Source of the DNA: an uncultured Eubacteriales bacterium
GTDB lineage: Bacteria > Bacillota > Sulfobacillia > Fermentithermobacillales > Fermentithermobacillaceae
Reading direction: 5' to 3'
Assembly (NCBI GenBank): GCA_964646385.1
Contig: CAZYEC010000003.1
Coordinates: forward strand, 6,350-70,349
Length of the DNA: 64,000 nucleotides
Each line of letters starts with the position of its first letter. The stretch's first letter is position 1. Both the position numbers and the translations under genes were made by a program. The notes beneath the pieces were generated by a model. That model searched no databases. It saw nothing but the letters and a program-made list of their open reading frames with translations, and was not told where the DNA came from. Positions 51,264 through 62,048 of this stretch are shown here, one piece after another.

Positions 51264-53282
51264 ATGGGCGATTTTCGACTGGTTTCCGACTACATCCCCC
51301 GGGGCGATCAACCCTCAGCGATAGACCGGCTGGTTGAAGGCGTGAACAGGGGCGAAAAGCACCAAGTGCTTTTAGGCGTCACCGGTTCCGGCAAAACCTT
51401 CACCATAGCAAATGTTGTGGAGAGGTTGAACCGCCCGGTTCTTGTGATCTCTCACAACAAGATTCTGGCGGCACAACTGGCATCCGAGTTCAGGACGTTC
51501 TTTCCGAACAATGCCGTGGAATACTTCGTCAGCTACTACGATTATTACCAGCCTGAGGCATATGTGGCTCAGACTGATACGTATATCGAGAAAGATGCGA
51601 CGGTGAACGACGAGATAGACAAGCTGCGACATTCCGCCACAAGCGCTCTTCTTGAAAGAAGGGATGTTTTGGTGGTGGCGTCGGTGTCTTGTATTTACGG
51701 ACTTGGCTCGCCGGAAGACTACCGTGACATGATGGTTTCCTTGCGGCCCGGTATGGTGAAAGACCGGCAAGAGATCCTGAGGAAGCTCGTGGAAATACAG
51801 TACACCAGAAATGATTTCGATTTCCAAAGAGGGACTTTCCGCGTTCGAGGGGATACGCTTGAGATTTACCCGGCAGGCGCTACAGATAAAGCAGTGAGGG
51901 TCGAGCTTTTCGGGGACGAGATCGAACGCATTACCGAGTTTGATGTCCTGACAGGAAAAGCCCTGACTGAAGAGCGGTATGTTGCCATCTTTCCCGCCCG
52001 ACACTATGTGACCACAGACGAAAAACTGCTTCGGGCCACTGGCACGATTGAAGAGGAATTGGAAGTGCAACTGAAAGCCCTGAGAGACGCAGGAAAGATT
52101 CTTGAGGCTTACAGACTGGAGCAAAGGACTCACCACGATTTGGACATGCTCCGGGAAGTGGGGTACTGCTCGGGCATAGAAAATTATTCGAGGCATTTGA
52201 CGGGGAGAGCCCCGGGCCAGCCCCCCTACACACTGCTTGATTTTTTGCCGAAGGACGCTTTGGTGATAATCGACGAGTCCCATGCCACCATTCCCCAGAT
52301 CAGGGGCATGCATTTGGGGGACAGGTCCAGAAAGGATTCTTTGGTGAACTACGGTTTTCGATTACCTTCGGCCTACGATAACAGACCTCTTACCTTTGAG
52401 GAGTTTGAAGAGCACGTAGCCCAAGTAGTTTACGTTTCTGCCACTCCCGGTCCCTATGAATCCCGGCGCGCCACAAAAGTGGTAGAACAGGTGGTGCGGC
52501 CCACAGGCCTGCTTGACCCCGGTCTTGAGGTCAGGCCGACGAAAGGTCAAATTGACGATTTGGTGAGGGAAATCCGTATAAGGGCCAAGGCAAAAGAAAG
52601 GGTGTTAATCACCACGCTGACCAAACGGATGGCAGAGGATCTTACCGATTATTTGAGAGATATCGGCATCCGAGTCAGATACATGCACTCGGATGTGCAG
52701 ACTCTTGAGCGCATGGAAATAATCCGGGACCTCCGTTTGGGGATGTTCGACGTGCTGGTGGGAATCAACCTTTTGAGAGAAGGGTTGGACCTTCCGGAAG
52801 TGTCCTTGGTGTGCATCCTGGATGCCGACAAAGAGGGCTATTTGCGTTCCGAAACATCCCTTATCCAGACCATCGGACGGGCTGCGCGAAACGTCAACGG
52901 ACGGGTTATAATGTATGCTGACAGAATTACCGGTTCCATGCAAAGGGCTATGAGCGAGACTGAGCGCCGGAGAAAGAAGCAGGAAGCCCACAACAAAGAA
53001 TGGGGGATAACCCCCGCTACTGTGGAAAAGGCGGTCAGGGACGTTATCCAGGCACAAAAGCCAATTCACGTAGAAAACCGGTATTACTGGAAAGACAAGG
53101 ATATCAAGGATGTTCCCAAAAGGGCCATTCCCGAGCTTGTGGCGAAGATGAAAAGAGAAATGAAGGCGGCGTCCAGAGATCTGGAATTTGAAAGGGCGGC
53201 CCTCCTGAGAGATATGATATTTGAGCTTGAAGATAAGTTGGGGACATCGGGTTTGCGGGGTTTGATGCATGTCGAAAAATAA
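51264..53282 (+). CDS. uvrB: Excinuclease ABC subunit B
   Basis: Walker A (GVTGSGKTF), helicase motifs, beta-hairpin region and the C-terminal UVR domain. Confidence 0.97.
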   Translation: MGDFRLVSDYIPRGDQPSAIDRLVEGVNRGEKHQVLLGVTGSGKTFTIANVVERLNRPVLVISHNKILAAQLASEFRTFFPNNAVEYFVSYYDYYQPEAYVAQTDTYIEKDATVNDEIDKLRHSATSALLERRDVLVVASVSCIYGLGSPEDYRDMMVSLRPGMVKDRQEILRKLVEIQYTRNDFDFQRGTFRVRGDTLEIYPAGATDKAVRVELFGDEIERITEFDVLTGKALTEERYVAIFPARHYVTTDEKLLRATGTIEEELEVQLKALRDAGKILEAYRLEQRTHHDLDMLREVGYCSGIENYSRHLTGRAPGQPPYTLLDFLPKDALVIIDESHATIPQIRGMHLGDRSRKDSLVNYGFRLPSAYDNRPLTFEEFEEHVAQVVYVSATPGPYESRRATKVVEQVVRPTGLLDPGLEVRPTKGQIDDLVREIRIRAKAKERVLITTLTKRMAEDLTDYLRDIGIRVRYMHSDVQTLERMEIIRDLRLGMFDVLVGINLLREGLDLPEVSLVCILDADKEGYLRSETSLIQTIGRAARNVNGRVIMYADRITGSMQRAMSETERRRKKQEAHNKEWGITPATVEKAVRDVIQAQKPIHVENRYYWKDKDIKDVPKRAIPELVAKMKREMKAASRDLEFERAALLRDMIFELEDKLGTSGLRGLMHVEK

Positions 53283-56133
53283 GATCGTCATAAAAGGGGC
53301 TCGGCAGCACAACCTCAAAGGTGTCGATGTCGAGATCCCCCGGGACAAGCTGACGGTGATCACGGGACTGTCGGGTTCGGGCAAAAGCTCTCTGGCTTTC
53401 GACACCATTTATGCCGAGGGGCAAAGGCGTTACGTGGAGTCCTTGTCGGCTTATGCCCGGCAGTTTTTGGGCCTCATGGATAAACCCGATGTGGACCACA
53501 TCGAAGGTCTGTCGCCCGCCATTTCTATCGACCAGAAGTCGGGCGTCAGAAATCCCAGGTCCACTGTGGGCACTGTCACTGAAATTTACGACTATCTCAG
53601 GCTCCTTTACGCCAGGGTAGGTCACCCTCATTGCCCGGTCTGCCGCAAACCCATCGCAAAGCAAACCGTCGATCAGATCGCTCAGCAGATTGAGGGCCTT
53701 CCTCAAGGCACAAGGTTTTCGATTTTGGCTCCTCTTGTAAGGGGCAGGAAAGGCGAATACGAGAAAGTCTTTGATGATATCCAACGGGCGGGTTACGTCA
53801 GGGTCCGTGTTGACGGAGTCACGGGTGAACTTGGTGAGTATTTGGGAAAACGCCTGGCAAAACAGAAGAAGCACACGATCGAAGCCGTGGTCGACAGGTT
53901 GATCAGCCGGCAGGGAATCCGTTCCCGGCTTGTAGATTCCATCGAATCGGCTTTGCATCTGTCGGGGGATCTTGTGGTTGTGGAGATTCAGGGTGAAGGC
54001 GACCTCATCTTTAGCCAATCTTTGGCCTGCCCTGACTGCGGAGTGAGCTTTCCCGAACTGGAGCCCAGGTTGTTTTCTTTCAACAATCCTTTCGGCGCCT
54101 GCCCAGCGTGCAACGGCCTGGGTGTCAATATGGAGCTGGAGCCGGAGCTGATCATCCCCGACGGCAGAAAGTCCATCTCAGACGGGGCGATAGCCCCCTG
54201 GAACGCTTCACCTGACGGGTACTACGCCCAACTGCTGAACGCCGTAACAGCGCATTACAAGATTCCTACCGACGTGCCGGTGGATTTTTTGACTCAGGAT
54301 CAAATCAACACAATTTTGTTCGGGTCGGGGGACGAGCGCATACCGTTTCATTACGAAAGTCATTACGGAAGGTCCAGTGACAGGATGGTAAGATTCGAGG
54401 GCGTGATTCCCAACCTGAAACGAAGGTACAAGAGTGCCCCCAGCCAGAGCATTAGGGCATATGTGGAGGAGTTTATGGCCACAAAACCGTGTCCCGCTTG
54501 CGGAGGGGCCCGGTTGAAACCCGAGGCCCTGGCTGTCACGGTGGGTGACAAAAATATCCACCAGCTGACAGGCATGTCAATAGGGACTGTGTTGTCCTTT
54601 GTCGACAACTTGGTGCTTTCCTCCAGGGAAAGCCTCATAGCCAATCAGGTGATAAAGCAAATTCGTTCCAGACTACAATTTCTCATGGATGTGGGCCTGG
54701 GTTACCTCACTCTGACCAGGCATGCGGGCACCCTGGCCGGTGGGGAGTCCCAGAGAATTCGGCTTGCAACCCAGATCGGGTCGGGGCTTGTGGGAGTACT
54801 TTACGTTTTGGATGAGCCGAGCGTGGGTTTACACCCAAGAGATAACAAACGCTTTTTGGATACCATCACGCATCTTCGGGATATCGGCAATACCTTAATC
54901 GTCGTGGAGCACGATGAAGACACCATCAGGCACGCCGATTACATCATTGATGTCGGGCCCGGTGCCGGAGAAAACGGTGGCCGCATTGTGGCAGCGGGGA
55001 GACTGTCGGATATCACTCTCAATCGGGAATCGATTACCGGGCAGTACTTGTCCGGCCGCAGGAAGATTGAAATTCCTCGGCGCAGGGCCCCCAATGGCAG
55101 ATGGCTCAGGCTTAAGGGGGTTCGGGAACACAATCTCAAAAACGTCGACGTGGACATCCCTGTGGGCGTCTTCACTTGCGTTACAGGCGTGTCGGGATCT
55201 GGCAAAAGCACCTTGGTGAACGATGTTTTGTATCGCAAGCTGGCGTCGGTTTTGAACGGTGCCAGAACAAGACCCGGCGAACATGACCAGATACTTGGTA
55301 CTGAACACTTGGACAAAGTCATCGATATCGACCAGTCTCCCATCGGCAGGACCCCCAGGTCAAATCCGGCGACTTACACAGGGGCGTTCACTGAGATCAG
55401 AAACGTGTTTGCCATGTCGCCCGACGCCAAAATCAGGGGTTACAAACCGGGGCGGTTCAGCTTCAACGTGCGCGGGGGGCGCTGTGAGGCGTGCCGCGGT
55501 GACGGCATCATCAGAATTGAAATGCAGTTTCTGCCTGATGTTTACGTTCCTTGTGAAATATGCAGGGGCAAACGTTACAACAGCCAGACTTTGGAAGTCA
55601 AGTACCACGGCAAAAACATTGCGGAAGTTTTGGACATGACGGTTAACGAAGCCCTCGAGCTTTTCAAGAACGTGCCAGTAATAAAACGGAAGCTGCAGAC
55701 AATTGCCGATGTGGGGTTGGGTTACATTCGGTTAGGGCAACCTGCCACGACTTTGTCCGGCGGCGAGGCGCAGCGCGTGAAGCTTGCTACGGAGCTGTCA
55801 AGAAGGGGCAACGAGCGGACCCTTTACATTTTGGATGAGCCGACCACCGGTCTACATTTTGAGGATACGAGGCGTCTTCTGGATGTGCTCCAGCGTCTGG
55901 TGGACCAGGGCAGTACGGTCGTGGTCATCGAACACAACCCGGATGTTGTGAAGAGCGCCGACTACATCATCGACTTGGGGCCGGAAGGCGGCGAAGAAGG
56001 CGGGGCCGTGATCGCCACGGGAACACCCGAACTTGTGGCAACGGTGCCTTCGTCTTACACGGGCCAGTTTCTCAAGAGGATATTAGGGAACGGGGCCGGG
56101 ATGTGCGGTGCGGCAAATGGCACGGCCGACTAG
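53269..56133 (+). CDS. uvrA: Excinuclease ABC subunit A
   Basis: Two ABC cassettes ([12 protein letters not shown]; [12 protein letters not shown]) and zinc-finger modules (CPVC, CPDC, CEAC). Overlaps the uvrB end. Confidence 0.97.
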   Translation: MSKNKIVIKGARQHNLKGVDVEIPRDKLTVITGLSGSGKSSLAFDTIYAEGQRRYVESLSAYARQFLGLMDKPDVDHIEGLSPAISIDQKSGVRNPRSTVGTVTEIYDYLRLLYARVGHPHCPVCRKPIAKQTVDQIAQQIEGLPQGTRFSILAPLVRGRKGEYEKVFDDIQRAGYVRVRVDGVTGELGEYLGKRLAKQKKHTIEAVVDRLISRQGIRSRLVDSIESALHLSGDLVVVEIQGEGDLIFSQSLACPDCGVSFPELEPRLFSFNNPFGACPACNGLGVNMELEPELIIPDGRKSISDGAIAPWNASPDGYYAQLLNAVTAHYKIPTDVPVDFLTQDQINTILFGSGDERIPFHYESHYGRSSDRMVRFEGVIPNLKRRYKSAPSQSIRAYVEEFMATKPCPACGGARLKPEALAVTVGDKNIHQLTGMSIGTVLSFVDNLVLSSRESLIANQVIKQIRSRLQFLMDVGLGYLTLTRHAGTLAGGESQRIRLATQIGSGLVGVLYVLDEPSVGLHPRDNKRFLDTITHLRDIGNTLIVVEHDEDTIRHADYIIDVGPGAGENGGRIVAAGRLSDITLNRESITGQYLSGRRKIEIPRRRAPNGRWLRLKGVREHNLKNVDVDIPVGVFTCVTGVSGSGKSTLVNDVLYRKLASVLNGARTRPGEHDQILGTEHLDKVIDIDQSPIGRTPRSNPATYTGAFTEIRNVFAMSPDAKIRGYKPGRFSFNVRGGRCEACRGDGIIRIEMQFLPDVYVPCEICRGKRYNSQTLEVKYHGKNIAEVLDMTVNEALELFKNVPVIKRKLQTIADVGLGYIRLGQPATTLSGGEAQRVKLATELSRRGNERTLYILDEPTTGLHFEDTRRLLDVLQRLVDQGSTVVVIEHNPDVVKSADYIIDLGPEGGEEGGAVIATGTPELVATVPSSYTGQFLKRILGNGAGMCGAANGTAD

Positions 56134-56203
56134 TTTCTTGGAAGAAGGCGCTTGGGTGGGGTTTCGGGGGGACCGGCAAATCCTTGACGAAAGAACAAAG
56201 GAT

Positions 56204-58030
56204 ATGACGGAGTCGCCCGGGGTATACGTTTTCAGGGATGCGGTCGGAGAGGTCCTCTACGTCGGCAAAGCCAAGAATCTCCGCAAAAGGTTGCGTTCTT
56301 ACTTTGCTTCGGCATTGCCCCCCAAAACAGAGGCGCTCATGGAAAGGGCTTTCGGACTTGAAACCATCACCGTTGATTCTGAGGTTGAAGCGCTCATTTT
56401 GGAACTCAACCTGATAAAGAAACACAGCCCAAAATACAACATAATGCTCACCGACGACAAACAATACCCCTACATTCGGGTGGGCGTTTCAGAAAAATGG
56501 CCCAGAGTTACGGTGGCCAGGAGAGTTCAGCGTGATGGGGCCCGGTATTTCGGGCCTTTCACCAGATCCGGGTCCGTCAGGGAGACTTTGGCTGTCCTGA
56601 GACGTTTGTTTCCCTTCAGGAACTGCTCCGACAGGGCGCTGGCCCAGGCACAGAGGCCCTGTTTGGATTACTACATCGGGCGCTGTTTGGGTCCGTGTAC
56701 CGGCAAAATCCATGAGACTGCTTATAAAAGGACAATAGACGAAGTTGTGAAATTCCTGGAGGGAAAGCACCGGGCGGTCAGGGAAAGCTTGCAAACAAGG
56801 ATGCTGGAAGAGGCCGGCCGAATGGATTTTGAATCGGCAGCTCGGGTACGGGACCAGATAAAAAGCCTTGACGACATCACCGAGAAACAGCGGATCGTGT
56901 CGCCTGATAAGAAAGACAGGGACGTTTTAGGCTTGGCACGCACCGCCGACACTGCCTTTGTTGCGCTCCTTCCCGTGAGAGAGGGGAAGATCACAGGCAA
57001 GGAAGGGTTCATCTTGAAGGGGGCGGGGGCTGAAGAGGATGCCGGAATCCTGGAAGCCTTCGTTTCCCAGTACTATTCTCAAGCACCTTTCGTCCCGGGA
57101 GAGATTTTGCTTCCTTCCGCGCTGCCTCCTGACTCGGATTTGGGGGCTTTTCTCAGAAAACAAAAGAAGCGGAATGAGGGCAAAGAAAGGGCAGTTCGCC
57201 TCAAAACCCCCAAACGCGGGCGGTTGAGGGAACTGGTTCTTATGGCAGGCGACAACGCGAAAACCATGATGGCAGACATCGTGCCCAGGCAGCAGAGGCA
57301 AAAGGAAGAAAACTTGGCTGCCATGCACGATCTGTCTTTGGCTTTGGGAATGCCGGCGCTGCCCATAAGAATAGAGGGTTACGACATATCCAATATTTCC
57401 GGACAAGAAACCGTAGGAGCAATGGTGGTTCTCCGGGACGGGCGTCCCGACAAAAGCCAGTATCGCAGGTTCCGCATGAAAGTTCAGGCGAAACCAGACG
57501 ATTTTGCCATGATGCAAGAAGTGCTGTGGAGACGCTTCACCAGGGGGTTGAAGGAGCGCCGGGAGATGGAGGTCACGGGCCGGGGTGGCAAGTTCTCGGT
57601 TTTCCCCGACTTGGTGCTGGTTGATGGCGGGAAAGGTCAGGTGAACGCCGCCAAAAAGGTCTTGGATGAGCTTGCGTTGGACATTCCTTTGGCAGGCCTC
57701 GCGGAAAAAAACGAAGAGATCTTCCTTCCAGGGCAAAGAGATCCCTTGGTCCTTTCACGAGATTCGGGCGCTTTGTATTTGGTTATGAGGCTGCGGGATG
57801 AGGCCCACCGTTTTGCCGTAACTTACCATCGCAGACTTAGAGGGGAAAAAGCGCTTCGCTCAGCACTTTCTCGCATCCCGGGAATAGGCCCCGTCAAAAG
57901 AAAGGAACTCCTGACTGCCTTTGGCGATGTGGAGTCCATAAGACAGGCCTCTCTTGATGATATAGCCAAGGTTAAAGGCGTTGGGCCTGCTTTGGCACGA
58001 ACCATTGCTGCGCATCTTTCCCGCAAGTAA
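56204..58030 (+). CDS. uvrC: Excinuclease ABC subunit C
   Basis: GIY-YIG N-terminus (PGVYVFRDAVGEVLYVGKAKNLRKR), UvrBC-interaction domain and C-terminal RNaseH-like/HhH region. The track ORF starts at 56108. Confidence 0.95.
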   Translation: MTESPGVYVFRDAVGEVLYVGKAKNLRKRLRSYFASALPPKTEALMERAFGLETITVDSEVEALILELNLIKKHSPKYNIMLTDDKQYPYIRVGVSEKWPRVTVARRVQRDGARYFGPFTRSGSVRETLAVLRRLFPFRNCSDRALAQAQRPCLDYYIGRCLGPCTGKIHETAYKRTIDEVVKFLEGKHRAVRESLQTRMLEEAGRMDFESAARVRDQIKSLDDITEKQRIVSPDKKDRDVLGLARTADTAFVALLPVREGKITGKEGFILKGAGAEEDAGILEAFVSQYYSQAPFVPGEILLPSALPPDSDLGAFLRKQKKRNEGKERAVRLKTPKRGRLRELVLMAGDNAKTMMADIVPRQQRQKEENLAAMHDLSLALGMPALPIRIEGYDISNISGQETVGAMVVLRDGRPDKSQYRRFRMKVQAKPDDFAMMQEVLWRRFTRGLKERREMEVTGRGGKFSVFPDLVLVDGGKGQVNAAKKVLDELALDIPLAGLAEKNEEIFLPGQRDPLVLSRDSGALYLVMRLRDEAHRFAVTYHRRLRGEKALRSALSRIPGIGPVKRKELLTAFGDVESIRQASLDDIAKVKGVGPALARTIAAHLSRK

Positions 58031-58104
58031 CGTTAGCTTTTCGAATCTTCCGCGCAGACTTCAATCCGTACTAAACCCTGTCTTTAACCACTGTGTTAAA
58101 TAAT

Positions 58105-58150
58105 TTAATGTGTGTATTGACTTTATTTAAGGCAGCATTGTATATTATCA
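58105..58150 (+). promoter_or_regulatory. AT-rich promoter region upstream of the DUF2089 operon (TTGACT, about 18 nt, TATATTAT) with a perfect palindrome TTAAATAATTTAA just upstream
   Basis: Hexamers and palindrome seen directly in the 135-nt uvrC-DUF2089 gap. Approximate coordinates. Confidence 0.35.
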
Positions 58151-58165
58151 CCGGAAGGTGATGGT

Positions 58166-58567
58166 ATGGCTAACGAAGTGATCGGCAAGTGCCCCGTTTG
58201 TGGTGATGCCCTGGTTGTTAGCGAGTTGCACTGTCACGGTTGCGGGACCAGGATTTCCGGGGGTTTTGAACTTTGCAGGTTTTGTAAACTGCCACCTGAC
58301 CAGCGTTCTTTTGCAGAAGTTTTCATTAAGAACAGAGGAAACATTAGGGAAGTCGAACGCGAGTTGGGGATCTCCTACCCCACCGTGCGAAGCAGGCTGG
58401 AGACCCTCATAAGGGCTCTTGGGTACCCGGTTTCCCAGGACTCGGGCCGGGAGCGGGATGAGACGATGGCCACAGAAGCGAGAAAAAAGATCCTGAACAG
58501 ACTTGAAGACGGGGAGATTACACCTCAAGAAGCCGCTAAACTGCTAAGGACTGTCACTGCAAGGTGA
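58166..58567 (+). CDS. DUF2089-family protein: N-terminal zinc ribbon plus HTH, C-terminal SHOCT-like helical motif
   Basis: CPVCGDAL...CHGCGTRI...CRFC zinc ribbon, then HTH-like REVERELGISYPTVRSRLETL, then the C-terminal tail KKILNRLEDGEITPQEAAKLLRTV. Confidence 0.7.
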   Translation: MANEVIGKCPVCGDALVVSELHCHGCGTRISGGFELCRFCKLPPDQRSFAEVFIKNRGNIREVERELGISYPTVRSRLETLIRALGYPVSQDSGRERDETMATEARKKILNRLEDGEITPQEAAKLLRTVTAR

Positions 58568-58646
58568 CGGTGGAAAATTGCCTTGCGTTTCGCACTGATC
58601 CGGCGATTGGCTGGGCAACTGGGCAAGAGGAAGGGGGAACGCAAAA

Positions 58647-59687
58647 ATGTCCAGGAAAGAAAAACTCTTGATTGTGCAAATGGTGTCAAAAGGCGCGGTT
58701 AGCCCGGAACAGGGCGCAGAGCTTTTGCAGGCCCTTGGAAGAGCAAAACCGGAGGTTTCCGGCCCAGCCAGGCCATCTGAAGCCAGCCACGAGCAAAATG
58801 ACCCGGGAAGCGCTCTCAGCAGCAACATCGAAAGCAGCGTTTCTGGTCTTGGAAAAGCGATCGCCAGGATGTTCGGTGGCAGTTTCAGGCCGGGCGGTCC
58901 CGAGAGGGAGTTTCATAAGGAGTTTACCGGGGAGATCCCAGCCGGAGGTGTTCTGGAGGTAGGCCTGTTTACCATCAACGGCAGAATTGAGGTTAGGGCT
59001 TGGGACCAACCAGGGTTTCGCCTGGATGTACGCAAAAAAGTCTGGGCGAATTCCGATGCGGAAGCTGAAGATATGCTAGAAGATGCCTTTACTTTCACTC
59101 ACGACGGAAACACCCTTGAAGCCCGAACAAAAGCAACTTCGAATTTTGGTTGGCACTCGATCTCGGTGGGATTCAATCTCAGCATTCCTCGAAACAAAGT
59201 CTCATCTTTGCGGTTAGATTCTTCCAACGGCAGGATTACCGTCGACGGGGTTTCAGGGGTTGAGCTCAGGGCATCAACGTCTAACGGGCGCATCCTGGTA
59301 CAGGGTTCCGATTTTGAAGAATGTGTAATTGCCACTGCCAACGGTCGTGTCGAGTACCGGGGCAAGGCCAAGGCGTTGAGGGCAAGCACCGCCAACGGCA
59401 GGATAGTGGCTGATCTGGAAGGCGCCGGCGATTGGAGGCTTGATTCGGCCAACGGTCGCATAGAGGTCAACATAGTGAAGGCAGGCGGCGTGGGTTACGA
59501 AGTCGATGTGTCTACGCAGATGGGGAGAATTTCCGTAACCGGGTTGGAGGATGTTCTTTTGGAGGGGAGCAAGCAAAAGGTGGGGGCAGGCCGGTACAAG
59601 GCCCGGTCGCGGGGTTTTATGGACGCGGCATCGAAGGCCACGCTTAAAGCTTCTACAACTACGGGCAGGATAGCAGTCTCGATGTAA
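58647..59687 (+). CDS. DUF4097-family protein (YvlB/LiaG-like putative beta-helix adhesin) with N-terminal SHOCT-like motif
   Basis: N-terminal KLLIVQMVSKGAVSPEQGAELLQAL. The C-terminus carries periodic SxNGRIxV repeats (SSNGRITVDG, STSNGRILVQG, TANGRVEYRG, STANGRIVADL, SANGRIEVNIV) typical of DUF4097. Confidence 0.7.
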   Translation: MSRKEKLLIVQMVSKGAVSPEQGAELLQALGRAKPEVSGPARPSEASHEQNDPGSALSSNIESSVSGLGKAIARMFGGSFRPGGPEREFHKEFTGEIPAGGVLEVGLFTINGRIEVRAWDQPGFRLDVRKKVWANSDAEAEDMLEDAFTFTHDGNTLEARTKATSNFGWHSISVGFNLSIPRNKVSSLRLDSSNGRITVDGVSGVELRASTSNGRILVQGSDFEECVIATANGRVEYRGKAKALRASTANGRIVADLEGAGDWRLDSANGRIEVNIVKAGGVGYEVDVSTQMGRISVTGLEDVLLEGSKQKVGAGRYKARSRGFMDAASKATLKASTTTGRIAVSM

Positions 59688-59704
59688 AGGGGAAGGGGTG
59701 GAGA

Positions 59705-60094
59705 TTGGTGGACCAAGAGAGAATTCGTGTGCTCAATATGGTAAAGGAAGGCAAGGTTGCGGCCGAGGAAGCAGTGAAGATTCTAGAGGCTTTGGAAACC
59801 GCTCCAGACGAAGCATCGGGCGTTCCCGAAACCAAAGCAAAATGGTTTCGTTTGAGAGTAACGGACCTTAAGACCGGCAAGGCAAAAGTCTCTTTGAACC
59901 TTCCCATGGGCATCGTTGACTGGGCTCTTCGCACGGGGACTCGCGTGGCGTCGTCTTTCGGGGGCCCCGACCTGAACGGAATGGGGATCGACGTTGAAGG
60001 GCTTAGAGCTGTGCTCAGTCATGGAGTTAAGGGCAAGTTCCTCGACGTTACCGATGACGAACAAGGCATGCACGTGGAAATCACCATAGAGTAA
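59705..60094 (+). CDS. Small hypothetical protein with N-terminal SHOCT-like motif
   Basis: N-terminal RIRVLNMVKEGKVAAEEAVKILEAL. The remaining roughly 100 aa belong to no family I recognise. Confidence 0.5.
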   Translation: MVDQERIRVLNMVKEGKVAAEEAVKILEALETAPDEASGVPETKAKWFRLRVTDLKTGKAKVSLNLPMGIVDWALRTGTRVASSFGGPDLNGMGIDVEGLRAVLSHGVKGKFLDVTDDEQGMHVEITIE

Positions 60095-60119
60095 GGGTTG
60101 GATTTGCGGGCAAGGCGTT

Positions 60120-60147
60120 CCGGGGGCTTAAAGCCCCCTTTTCGTAT
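60120..60147. terminator. Bidirectional terminator (GGGGGCTTAAAGCCCCC followed by TTTTCG) between the convergent small gene and whiA
   Basis: Perfect 8-bp GC stem with an AA loop and a T tract. It overlaps the whiA stop region. Approximate coordinates. Confidence 0.55.
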
Positions 60148-61057
60148 CCGTGGATTTTGGTCCCGCTTGGCTGGTCCGAACTCTGTCAGCCATCGCGGCT
60201 ATGCGCCGGAACCTGTGGTTTACTGCCGATTTCGAGACCGGCGGTGTGAGCAGTTGTCCCAGCTCCTCCATGCTCAGCCCCGGGTTTTCCAGACGAAAGC
60301 GAGCGATATCCTGCAGACCTTTGGGTAATTTAAGCAATCCGTAATTTGCGTCAATCACCTGTATGTCGTCCAGCTGCCTCAGGCACGCTTCAACAGCGCG
60401 AGACACGTTGGCCCTGTCCATGTTGACCACTCTTTGAACGAAATTCTTGACTGATTTCCCGACCCGGACATTTTCATAGTGGAGCACAGCTTGGTCGGCA
60501 CCGACGAGTTTTAAAAATTCCGAAATTCGGTCTCCTCCTTTTAAATAAACCACAAAGGACGAACGTCTGGCCACGATCCCCGTTTTTAATCCCTCCAGCC
60601 GAATGAGGGATTGAACTAAGAGAGCATCTCGTTTTGTGGAAAACACCATCTCCAGGTGGTGGTTTTTGGCAGGGGAAGATACTGAACCTCTGGCTAAGAA
60701 GGAACCGCGCAAATAAGCCCGGCGGCAAGCCGAATTCTGGTGCAATATGTCGGACGCCGAAAGTTGCGTCTGCCCGGTGTCGGTGCTTGCATAAACTTTG
60801 CCCCGTTTCAGCCTCGCATGTGTTTCGGGGATACGGATTTTCAAAGAAGCCACAGGCCCGAAGCCCGATTTCAACAGGCGATAGAGCCTCCTGATCACAA
60901 ACGGTTCTGCAAGCAGCAGTGTTTCCCCCGACAAGCTGCGCCCGGAGGGGAGCAATCTTCCAAGGGCCACGGTTTCCCATAAGGCTTGAGGACAGCCGGC
61001 GATTGTTACCCGGGATAATTCTTCTTTAACTCTTCTTGAAAAGGTGTCTTTGCCCAT
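60128..61057 (-). CDS. whiA: Sporulation/cell-division transcription regulator WhiA
   Basis: LAGLIDGDGS-like degenerate N-domain followed by a C-terminal HTH (LSMEELGQLLTPPVSKSAVNHRFRRI). Position after yvcK. Confidence 0.92.
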   Translation of the reverse strand: MGKDTFSRRVKEELSRVTIAGCPQALWETVALGRLLPSGRSLSGETLLLAEPFVIRRLYRLLKSGFGPVASLKIRIPETHARLKRGKVYASTDTGQTQLSASDILHQNSACRRAYLRGSFLARGSVSSPAKNHHLEMVFSTKRDALLVQSLIRLEGLKTGIVARRSSFVVYLKGGDRISEFLKLVGADQAVLHYENVRVGKSVKNFVQRVVNMDRANVSRAVEACLRQLDDIQVIDANYGLLKLPKGLQDIARFRLENPGLSMEELGQLLTPPVSKSAVNHRFRRIAAMADRVRTSQAGPKSTDTKRGL

Positions 61058-61059
61058 TT

Positions 61060-62046
61060 TCAGTGGGTAGCCGCCAAGCTTTGTTGGGATGTCTGTCCCG
61101 CCCTGACAAAAGCCAAAATTGAGCGGGCCAGTTTCCCGGGCTCATGCCGCGCCAGGTTCCCCCTTGTAAGATAATCTCCCGTTATAAGCGAGTAACCCCG
61201 AGATGCCAGCACCCCCATGTCTGCCCTGACTTGAAACCTTCCTTCCGATGCGTACCTTTGGGCAATGTCCCAAGGAGCCGTAGCGGTGTTGACCAAAACG
61301 TGACTAAAAAGCCTTCCCGCATGTTCTTGAACGGCCAGTACGTGGTCTGAAGCGGCATAGCCGTCGGTTTCGCCGGGCTGCGTCATGATGTTGCAGATGT
61401 AAAGTTTGGATGCTTTGGAGGATTTTAAGGCGTATCTGATGCCCGGAACCAACAGGTTTGGGATTATGGAAGTGTAAAGGCTGCCGGGGCCAATAACAAC
61501 GGCGTCACACGCTTCGATGGCCGCTACGGCTTCGTCCAATGCCAAGGGGTTTTCGGGAACCAAGCGCAAACGAGCTATCTCTTTTTGGGCACAAGGAATG
61601 GCATGTTCACCTGACACAATTGAACCGTCGGCCATCTCGGCCCGCAAGGTTACATCGCAAAGGGTGGCAGGTAATACTCTTCCTTTGACGGCCAACACTC
61701 TGGACATGGTCCTCAGGGCAATTTGAAAATCCCCTGTCATCTCGGTCATGGCTGCCAAAAACAGGTTGCCGAAATTGTGGCCTTCCAATTCTCCTTTTCT
61801 AAACCGGTGGTTTAAGAGTGACGTCATATCGGGTTCGGCTTGAGCGAGGGCTAATAGGCAGTTCCTGATATCCCCCGGAGGCAGGATTCCCATATCCCTC
61901 CGGAGTCTTCCGGAACTGCCGCCGTCGTCGGCTACAGTCACTATTGCTGACAGACTGCACACATGGGTTTTCAGGCCCCTCAAAACGCAAGCCAACCCCG
62001 TGCCGCCCCCTATCGCAACGATCTCAGGGACCCGACCTGTGGACAA
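61060..62046 (-). CDS. yvcK: Gluconeogenesis factor YvcK (UPF0052/CofD-like)
   Basis: IVAIGGGTGL...VTVADDGGSSGRLR...GDIRNCL are CofD/YvcK signatures. Confidence 0.92.
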   Translation of the reverse strand: MSTGRVPEIVAIGGGTGLACVLRGLKTHVCSLSAIVTVADDGGSSGRLRRDMGILPPGDIRNCLLALAQAEPDMTSLLNHRFRKGELEGHNFGNLFLAAMTEMTGDFQIALRTMSRVLAVKGRVLPATLCDVTLRAEMADGSIVSGEHAIPCAQKEIARLRLVPENPLALDEAVAAIEACDAVVIGPGSLYTSIIPNLLVPGIRYALKSSKASKLYICNIMTQPGETDGYAASDHVLAVQEHAGRLFSHVLVNTATAPWDIAQRYASEGRFQVRADMGVLASRGYSLITGDYLTRGNLARHEPGKLARSILAFVRAGQTSQQSLAATH

Positions 62047-62048
62047 AT

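Noticed and set aside
56927-57736. 269-aa antisense ORF within uvrC, plus similar ORFs opposite secA, uvrA and uvrB
   Set aside because: These overlap well-conserved sense genes and have no motifs. They are GC-content artefacts.
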